From contig NZ_CP138956.1 in the NCBI RefSeq assembly GCF_047304245.1, positions 871,287 through 895,286 on the forward strand: a stretch of 24,000 bases of DNA, read 5' to 3'. A program made the position numbers and the translations under genes. The notes below the pieces were generated by a model. It was not told where the DNA came from. It did no database searches and was given only the letters and a program-made list of their open reading frames with translations. Every line of letters starts with the position of its first letter. Position 1 is the first letter of the stretch. Below are positions 14,075-20,277 of the stretch, piece by piece. The DNA comes from Synechococcus sp. MIT S9452 (GTDB lineage Bacteria; Cyanobacteriota; Cyanobacteriia; PCC-6307; Cyanobiaceae).

Positions 14075-14359
14075 TCAAGCCGACTTCGCGGCATCCCATT
14101 CCTTCCACTCCACTTCCACTTCACCAACGCCTTGGCTGGTCGGCGGCGGAATGCGGTTGAGCATGTCGTTGGGTAAGCCCAAACGCTCGAATACCACCTT
14201 GCGTTGATCGGTAGGCATCGAGGCAAAGGAGCGCACCACCTCGCGCACCTTGAACTCGCTGTAAACCAAATTCATCAGCTCTTCCTGGTCAGCAGGATCC
14301 AACTGCTGAAACCAAGCGAGGAATTTGGGCAGGCGTTGACTGAGATCAGAACTGGTCAT
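14075..14359 (-). CDS. Small soluble hypothetical protein (94 aa) lying between the T1SS genes and the stator-like genes.
   Basis: It is an intact ORF in the same orientation as its neighbours, 40 bp upstream of the MotA-like gene. There is no TM segment or signal peptide and no motif I recognise. Composition is helical and acidic, with a PPP-containing tail (RIPPPTSQGVGEVEVEWKEW). Confidence 0.5.
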   Translation of the reverse strand: MTSSDLSQRLPKFLAWFQQLDPADQEELMNLVYSEFKVREVVRSFASMPTDQRKVVFERLGLPNDMLNRIPPPTSQGVGEVEVEWKEWDAAKSA

Positions 14360-14447
14360 TGGAGAGGCGAAAGCAATTCGGAATCAACAAGAAGAAGAGG
14401 ATCAGCTCATCCCGAAGGCGGCGGCAACGACAGGCGGCGGATCACGA

Positions 14448-15629
14448 TCATTTGCTCGAGCGAATACTGCGCAGGGAATCCAACGCCTTCTGGATGGCAT
14501 CGGTGAGCAGCGAGATCACGCGCTTATCACGCAGCACCAAGTTGGCTTGAACGCTTTGACCTGGGCTGACTTTGTATTCCCTGCCATCACGCTCCAGGAA
14601 CTGCTGATCCAGTCCGATATAGGCGGGGAACCTGGCTTGAGGTGAGGTTTGATCCGGCGGAAGGGGCAAGGTGCCCACCGACTTCAACTCACCCTCGATG
14701 GCGCCAAATTGGGTGTAGGGGAAGGCATCCACCCGAATCTGGGCAGGCATGCCTGGCTCGAGGAAACCAACATCGCGGTTGGTGATGAACACCTTGGCCT
14801 CCAGCGCCCCGCCAGGAACCACCTTCACTAGGGTTTCTCCCGCTGAGGCGGCATAGCCCGGGCTCGAGGGCACCATGCCGTAAACAACGCCATTGACTGG
14901 CGACACCAGCACTTCCTTGCTGCGGGTGTCATTGACTTCCACCAGCTGCCGCTCCAGATCAGCCAGCTCGCCAAGGGACTCCTGCTTCATCTTGAGCAGC
15001 TGAGCCTGCACTTCCTGCAAGTTGGCTTTGGCCTGGGCTATTTGCGATTGCAGTTGTTCAATGCTGTTTTTTTGCTTCAGCACCTGCATCCGCTGAATCC
15101 CGCCTTGAGCAGCCAAGGGAACGATGGCGGCATAGATCTCACGCTCAGTAGCCAAGGCCCTTGAAAGGCCATCCATCCGCTCCTGCAAGCTTTGCTCCCG
15201 CGCGCGGAATGATCGGGTTTCTTCGGTAAAGCGATTTTCCTCCAGCTCGTATTGCCGCTCCAATGTTTCTTTGCGCTTTTCCGACACTTCGGTGTCCATG
15301 CGAATCAGCGCTTGGCCGGCCACGACCTCTTGGCCCTCAGTCACCAAAATCTCTTTGACCATGCCGGCAAACGGCGCTTTCAAAGGGCGTTCAGCGCCCA
15401 ACGGCTGGAGTTCACCAACAGCCAAGACCACCTCATCAATTTTGGCAAAACAGGCAAAAACAAAGGCAAAACTGGCGCTGCCAATGATCGTCCAGGCCAG
15501 GGCGCGGCTCCAGACCGGAGCAGGCCGCAAACGCACTTCCTGGGGATTCAGGGGGCGAACAGCCAAGCTTGACGGCTTCGCCAGGGCGGAGGATTTTTTG
15601 TCAGCTTTTTGGGGGAGGTTTTTATTCAT
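14448..15629 (-). CDS. HlyD-family membrane fusion protein (type I secretion periplasmic adaptor), 393 aa.
   Basis: It has an N-terminal cytoplasmic stretch and a single TM segment (WSRALAWTIIGSASFAFVFACFA). A lipoyl-like half-motif follows (LKAPFAGMVKEILVTEGQEVVAGQALIRMD), then a long coiled-coil (EKRKETLERQYELEE...QSQIAQAKANLQEVQAQLLKMK) and the second half-motif LVSPVNGVVYG. The beta-barrel motif VDAFPYTQFGAIEGELKSV is also present. The start lies 9 bp after the ABC gene's stop. Confidence 0.9.
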   Translation of the reverse strand: MNKNLPQKADKKSSALAKPSSLAVRPLNPQEVRLRPAPVWSRALAWTIIGSASFAFVFACFAKIDEVVLAVGELQPLGAERPLKAPFAGMVKEILVTEGQEVVAGQALIRMDTEVSEKRKETLERQYELEENRFTEETRSFRAREQSLQERMDGLSRALATEREIYAAIVPLAAQGGIQRMQVLKQKNSIEQLQSQIAQAKANLQEVQAQLLKMKQESLGELADLERQLVEVNDTRSKEVLVSPVNGVVYGMVPSSPGYAASAGETLVKVVPGGALEAKVFITNRDVGFLEPGMPAQIRVDAFPYTQFGAIEGELKSVGTLPLPPDQTSPQARFPAYIGLDQQFLERDGREYKVSPGQSVQANLVLRDKRVISLLTDAIQKALDSLRSIRSSK

Positions 15630-15638
15630 TGTTTTGGC

Positions 15639-18600
15639 TTAAACCTCCTGCTGGTGATAGAGGGTGGCGTAGCGACCATCCAGCTCCATGAGGTCTTCAT
15701 GGGTGCCCTGTTCAACCAAAGCCCCTTGATCCATCACCAAGATGTGATCAGCAGCCTTCAAGGAAGCAAGCCGGTGGGTAATAAAGAACACCGTGCTTCC
15801 TTTGTAGAGCTGCATGAGATTAGCAGTTAATCGCCGTTCAGTATCAACATCCAAGGCACTGGTGGCTTCATCCAACACCAACAATCTTGGTTTGCGAATA
15901 ATCATCCGCGCAATCGCCAAACGTTGGCGTTGGCCGCCGCTCAAGCCAGCACCACGTTCACCCACCGAGCTGCTGTAACCCGCTGGCATGGCCTCGATAA
16001 ATTCATGAGCGCAGGCCACCTGACCGGCCAAAACAATTTCTTCAAAGCCAGCATCTGGCCTGGTTAAAGCGATGTTGGACATCACGGTTCCGTCAAAAAG
16101 CAAGCTGTCCTGGGGCACAACGCCGATCTGAGCGCGCAACGAATAGAGATCCACCTTGCTGATGTCGTTGCCATCAATCCGAAGACTTCCCTCTGCTGGT
16201 TCATACAAACGGGTGAGCAGTTTTAACATCGTGCTTTTGCCAGAGCCACTACTTCCCACCACGCCAACAAAGGATCCAGCCGGAATCTTGAAGCCAACAT
16301 TCATCAGCTGCATCTTGCCAGTTTCACCAAAGCGGAAGCTGACGCCCGAATACTCCACTTCACCAACAATGGGGGGGATCGGAGGTTTTTGATCACCCGT
16401 AAGTTCCAGCTCCTGGGGATGATCAACAATGTCAGCCAAGCGCTCCAATGACAGAGCGGTTTCTTGGAAGTTCTGCCACAGGTTGGCCATGCGCAGCAGC
16501 GGGCTCGTCACGTAGCCAGCCAAGATGCGGAAGGCGATGAGTTGGCCCAAGGTCATCTCGCCTTTGAGCACCAAAGACGCACCCACCCAGAGCACCAATA
16601 GACCAGACAGTTGCTCTAAAAACTGACTCGCTGATGCTGCAGCTGTGCTGGTAACGACATTCTTAAAGCCCGATTGAATTTGGCCGCCGTAGAGCTGCTG
16701 CCAACGCCAGCGGCTATGCACCTCCATGCTTTGGCCTTTGATGGTTTCCATCCCGCCAAGGGTTTCCACCAAGTGGCTTTGCACTTTGGAATTGGCCTCA
16801 GCCTGCTGCCTGAGCTGCTTACGGATCACAGGAGCAGAGAAGAACGTGACGCCCACAAACAGAGGCACCACCGCCAAAGCCCAGAAGGTGAGCTGCACGG
16901 AATACAGCAGCATCACAGCGATATAAATCACCGCAAATACCGCATCCAAAATCACCGTTAAGGCGGTGCCTGTGAGGAAACGGCGAATTTTCTCGAGTTC
17001 ATTCAGCCGGCTGCTGACTTCACCCACCGGTCGATCGGCGAAATACCCCAGCGGCAACCGCAGCAGGTGATCGATGATCGTGGAACCCAAGGAAATATCA
17101 ATGCGGTTGGTGGTGTCAGAGAACAGATAGGTGCGCAACGACGACAGCACCGCTTGCGCTAACCCCATGCCCACCAGCAAGGTGCCGAGCACATTGAGGG
17201 TGCTGACATTGCCCTGGCTGATCACCGCATCGATGATTTGCTGAATCAGCAAGGGATTCAGCAAACCAAAAAGCTGCACAAAAAAGCTGGCCAGCAGCAC
17301 TTGAATCAGCACCGACTTGTACTGCTTCAACGCCGGCACGAACCAGCTGATGCCAAAGCGCTTGGTGGGCGTTTGTTGGCTGCGCTCAATGCAAAGCACC
17401 GTCAACAGCCCCTCCTCATCGCGCTCCTCCAAGGAGGCAATCGGGCGCAGGCCTTGCTCAGCGATGGGATCACCCACCAACACCTGCCCGCCTTGATCGC
17501 TATCCCACAGGATCATTGGGCCATAGGGGCCCATGGTGATCGCCGGAAATTGCAGGCGGGCCAACTGCTGATCATCAACATTCAGCTGGGAAGCCCGCAG
17601 GCCCATCACATCAGCAATAGCCGCCATCTGCAGCAAGCTGATGCCGGAACCGTCTTCATTGCGGTTGAGCTGATCCTCCAAGATCCGCTGCAACACGTCT
17701 TTGCGGAAGGGCAAATCGAACTGGCGGGCCAACATCCGCAACACAGCCATGGGTATCCCCACGGGCCCTTCACCTTTGAGGTGGGGGAAGCTGCCGTCAT
17801 CCGCTAGACGGCCATACCAATCCTCCAGAGCATCTTGCTGACGCTCCACCACCACGATGGCGGAGGAGCTTTCCTGCCAATCAGGCTCCAGCAGCTCAGC
17901 TTCGGTGCGAACCGGCTCGATTTCGCCACTATCGGGGGAGAGCACCATCACCGATGGGCTTTCCATCGGCGGTGTGGCAGCCGATTTAGCCAACAACCTT
18001 GCCGGCACTTGGCCGCGAATGTTGAGCTTGGCTGGTCCCAGCAGCTCTTCTCCGGGCGCAGCACCAGCAATGTTGCTGCTGCTCACCAGCCAAGGCCCCC
18101 AATCGGAGCCGAACTGGTGCTCGCCGGGAGGCAGCAACAGCACATGCTGCTGATCAGAGGCTTCCTCGAGTTGATTGCTAGCCCAATCCCGCAGGCTGCG
18201 CCGATCAGGGGTGCGCGGCGCGGGGCTATCGGCCGCCACCGCATACAACTCCTCCAACGATGGCTGGGCCAAAGCCAGTTGCAGACTTGGATATTCCCGC
18301 ACCACCTCCAAAAAGGTTTGCTGCGGGATCAGCCACAACTGGCTGGGCTGGGAGGCCGCTAAGGCTTGGCCGGCCACACCCCGCAGCAAACCCACATCAC
18401 CGGCACTATCACCAGATCCAAGCCGGCGCAGCGTGAAAGGCACATCCTGCTCATCAAGAGCCAACAAACGCATCTGGCCTTGGGCGACCAAGGCCACACC
18501 AGGCGGCAGGCAGTCGTAGTCGTAAAGCTTTTGCCCAGGCCGGAGCTGAAGCGCCTGCAGGGATTCGGCCAACTTGGCCTGGGCAGCTTGCGGCAAGCGC

Positions 18601-18650
18601 GAGTACGGAGCCCACGAGGCAATGAGCTTGAGAGCCAGCGTGAGCTGCAT
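15639..18650 (-). CDS. T1SS-type ABC exporter (1003 aa): N-terminal cNMP-binding-like domain, Cys-less C39-like domain, six-TM ABC membrane domain and a nucleotide-binding domain.
   Basis: NBD motifs are Walker A GSSGSGKST, Q-loop VVPQDSLLF, signature LSGGQRQR, Walker B LLVLDEATSALD and H-loop FFITHRL. The cNMP-like fold spans aa ~20-135 (LRPGQKLY...VALVAQGQMRLL...LRRLGSGDSAGDVGLLRG...LWLIPQQTF). The C39-like region spans aa ~285-425 (GIPMAVLRMLARQFDLP...SLLQMAAIADVMGL...FPAI...VLVGDP), with Pro at the catalytic Cys position and no H-[FY]-V-V. Confidence 0.92.
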   Translation of the reverse strand: MQLTLALKLIASWAPYSRLPQAAQAKLAESLQALQLRPGQKLYDYDCLPPGVALVAQGQMRLLALDEQDVPFTLRRLGSGDSAGDVGLLRGVAGQALAASQPSQLWLIPQQTFLEVVREYPSLQLALAQPSLEELYAVAADSPAPRTPDRRSLRDWASNQLEEASDQQHVLLLPPGEHQFGSDWGPWLVSSSNIAGAAPGEELLGPAKLNIRGQVPARLLAKSAATPPMESPSVMVLSPDSGEIEPVRTEAELLEPDWQESSSAIVVVERQQDALEDWYGRLADDGSFPHLKGEGPVGIPMAVLRMLARQFDLPFRKDVLQRILEDQLNRNEDGSGISLLQMAAIADVMGLRASQLNVDDQQLARLQFPAITMGPYGPMILWDSDQGGQVLVGDPIAEQGLRPIASLEERDEEGLLTVLCIERSQQTPTKRFGISWFVPALKQYKSVLIQVLLASFFVQLFGLLNPLLIQQIIDAVISQGNVSTLNVLGTLLVGMGLAQAVLSSLRTYLFSDTTNRIDISLGSTIIDHLLRLPLGYFADRPVGEVSSRLNELEKIRRFLTGTALTVILDAVFAVIYIAVMLLYSVQLTFWALAVVPLFVGVTFFSAPVIRKQLRQQAEANSKVQSHLVETLGGMETIKGQSMEVHSRWRWQQLYGGQIQSGFKNVVTSTAAASASQFLEQLSGLLVLWVGASLVLKGEMTLGQLIAFRILAGYVTSPLLRMANLWQNFQETALSLERLADIVDHPQELELTGDQKPPIPPIVGEVEYSGVSFRFGETGKMQLMNVGFKIPAGSFVGVVGSSGSGKSTMLKLLTRLYEPAEGSLRIDGNDISKVDLYSLRAQIGVVPQDSLLFDGTVMSNIALTRPDAGFEEIVLAGQVACAHEFIEAMPAGYSSSVGERGAGLSGGQRQRLAIARMIIRKPRLLVLDEATSALDVDTERRLTANLMQLYKGSTVFFITHRLASLKAADHILVMDQGALVEQGTHEDLMELDGRYATLYHQQEV

Positions 18651-18719
18651 TCAGTGGGCGCCGAAACCGGGCAACTGGAGCGCCGAGTTTATCTTTCCTT
18701 CCATTTTCGTTCCTAGCGG

Positions 18720-19463
18720 CTATGCAGCTTTTGCATCGGTTGCTGGACGCATTTCCCGCTGCAGCCACTCTTCACCAAGCTCCAACACCAACTGCTGCTT
18801 CAGGCCCTGGTTAAACACAACCGGCAGCAACTGATCGAGGCGCACGATGCACCAACCCCCCTCCGCTTCTTTTGGGGGCCACAGCTTGCCCGGGGTGCTC
18901 ACACGCAGCAGCTCGCGCAGCACCTCAGGCACCTCACCGAGAGGAACAGGTCCGTGCTGACCAGAGGGCACAGCCGGCTTGGCCGCATTCATCTCTGCTG
19001 CAATCTGCTCAAGCTTGCGCTCCCCTTCGCTGAGCTGCAAAAACAGCTCATGGGCCAAGCCCTCATCAGCAATCCACAGCAGTGAATAGCTGACGCGATC
19101 CAGCTGGCTCTTGCGCTTAAGGAACAAGGTGGAAGCTTGCCCTTTAAATCGCTGCTCACAAAGCAGCTGCCAGCGCAGTTGACGTTCTGCCCGGCAGATC
19201 AGATCGGCTTCGCTGAGCCCCTCAGCCTGCAGCCACTGCTGCACGGCCTGCTGAGTTTTCAGCTGCCGTGCAGCCAGGAACAACGGCACCGCCTGCTCTT
19301 TTCGCTCATCGCTCAGCTCTGGCTGGCCTTGCAGCAACAGATCCCGCTGCTCTTCGCGTTGCACCAGCGATCCATAGCCCCACGAGCTCAGACGCTCGCC
19401 CAGCGAAGCCGATGTGGCCGAGGGCAGACCTCGCGGCGCAGAACCACCCTCGACAGCACTCAA
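18720..19463 (-). CDS. Hypothetical protein with a possible degenerate parvulin (PpiC)-like PPIase/chaperone domain, 247 aa.
   Basis: It is an intact same-strand ORF 69 bp upstream of the ABC exporter. The C-terminal half, ELFLQLSEGERKLEQIAAEMNAAKPAVPSGQHGPVPLGEVPEVLRELLRVSTPGKLWPPKEAEGGWCIVRLDQ, follows the parvulin pattern F..LA...S......GG.LG....G.L.P.....L..L..G....P.....G..I.RL only loosely. The assignment is tentative. Confidence 0.4.
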   Translation of the reverse strand: MSAVEGGSAPRGLPSATSASLGERLSSWGYGSLVQREEQRDLLLQGQPELSDERKEQAVPLFLAARQLKTQQAVQQWLQAEGLSEADLICRAERQLRWQLLCEQRFKGQASTLFLKRKSQLDRVSYSLLWIADEGLAHELFLQLSEGERKLEQIAAEMNAAKPAVPSGQHGPVPLGEVPEVLRELLRVSTPGKLWPPKEAEGGWCIVRLDQLLPVVFNQGLKQQLVLELGEEWLQREMRPATDAKAA

Positions 19464-19497
19464 AAGCCCAGGCCTCAGGTGAGCCTGAATTTAGGAC

Positions 19498-20193
19498 TTA
19501 AGCAACTTGCCGCTCTTCTAATGGCGTTGTGTCCCAGCCAATGGGGTGCATTGGAATCACCTGCCCGCGCTTAGGCGCAAGCTCAGCAATCTCCTCGCAA
19601 GCCTTGGTGTAGGCATGCCAACCGATCATGCGACGAGGATCAGATTTACCTGCCGCAGACACCGCTTGATCCACGGTGACGCCAGCATTTTCTGCTTTTT
19701 CAAATGCAGCCAGCAGGGGGATTTGAGCGCGCAGAACCGAAATACCTGCAGCTTCCAGTGCTTGGCGAATCTCGCGGGCCGCCTTGGCTTTACGCGAATC
19801 AACCTTCACCAGCAAGGCAGCAAAGGGAACATTGAACTGCTTGAGATGCTCGGCCATCTCCAGGGTCAATTCCAATGAACGGGTCTGAGCTGCGGTGGGA
19901 AGAATGATCACATCAGCGCCATCCACCAAGTTTTTGATTTCTTCTTGGCTGCTACTGGCTTGACCATCAGTAACCACCACCTCGGCATACCGGGTGGCCT
20001 TGGCCGCCGCTTCAATCGGAGCCACTTCAAAGTTCAATAATCCGCGGGCGCCATAGGCACTGGCTGAGCGATTGCGATCGGCATCAACCATGACAACTGA
20101 TTGATATTGATTGGACCAAATCGCCGCCAAATGCACGCTTGTGCAGGTTTTGGCAACACCACCTTTCTGACCGAAAACTGTTACGAACATCAC
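19498..20193 (-). CDS. ParA/MinD-family P-loop ATPase (orphan ParA-like, ~230 aa).
   Basis: It carries the deviant Walker A motif GQKGGVAKT, Walker A' VVMVDADRN and Walker B VVVTDG, and its size is typical of small ParA/VirC1-like ATPases. The ORF opens with GTG at 20193, immediately followed by ATG at 20190, which is the likelier start. No ParB-like gene is adjacent. Confidence 0.8.
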   Translation of the reverse strand: MMFVTVFGQKGGVAKTCTSVHLAAIWSNQYQSVVMVDADRNRSASAYGARGLLNFEVAPIEAAAKATRYAEVVVTDGQASSSQEEIKNLVDGADVIILPTAAQTRSLELTLEMAEHLKQFNVPFAALLVKVDSRKAKAAREIRQALEAAGISVLRAQIPLLAAFEKAENAGVTVDQAVSAAGKSDPRRMIGWHAYTKACEEIAELAPKRGQVIPMHPIGWDTTPLEERQVA

Positions 20194-20277
20194 ATCCCGC
20201 CAATAGGCGTTTTATACCGCTCATCACGCAGCAGGCAAGCCTGAAGAATCAGGCCTTCATGATCCTCCAATCAACCC

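Noticed and set aside
11052-14359. One of the small proteins (94 aa, 163 aa or 224 aa) acting as the TonB partner of an ExbB-ExbD system.
   Set aside because: None of them combines an N-terminal TM anchor with an extended Pro-rich spacer and a TonB-type C-terminal domain. The 94-aa protein has no TM segment, and the 163-aa protein has a cleavable-looking signal peptide and an HExxH motif.
16156-18716. Plus-strand ORFs antisense to the ABC exporter, for example 17238-17807 (189 aa) and 17835-18362 (175 aa).
   Set aside because: Same reasoning as for pepN: the minus-strand frame has complete ABC transporter motifs, and the antisense products are low-complexity H/Q/R/L-rich peptides.
20194-20277. 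Candidate regulatory signals in the pepN/ParA-like intergenic region: a 6-bp hairpin (gcctga-agaa-tcaggc, 20239-20254) and a TATAAA box on the minus strand (20211-20216).
   Set aside because: The stem is short, no U-tract follows it, and a single hexamer match is expected by chance. This is not enough to call a terminator or a promoter.
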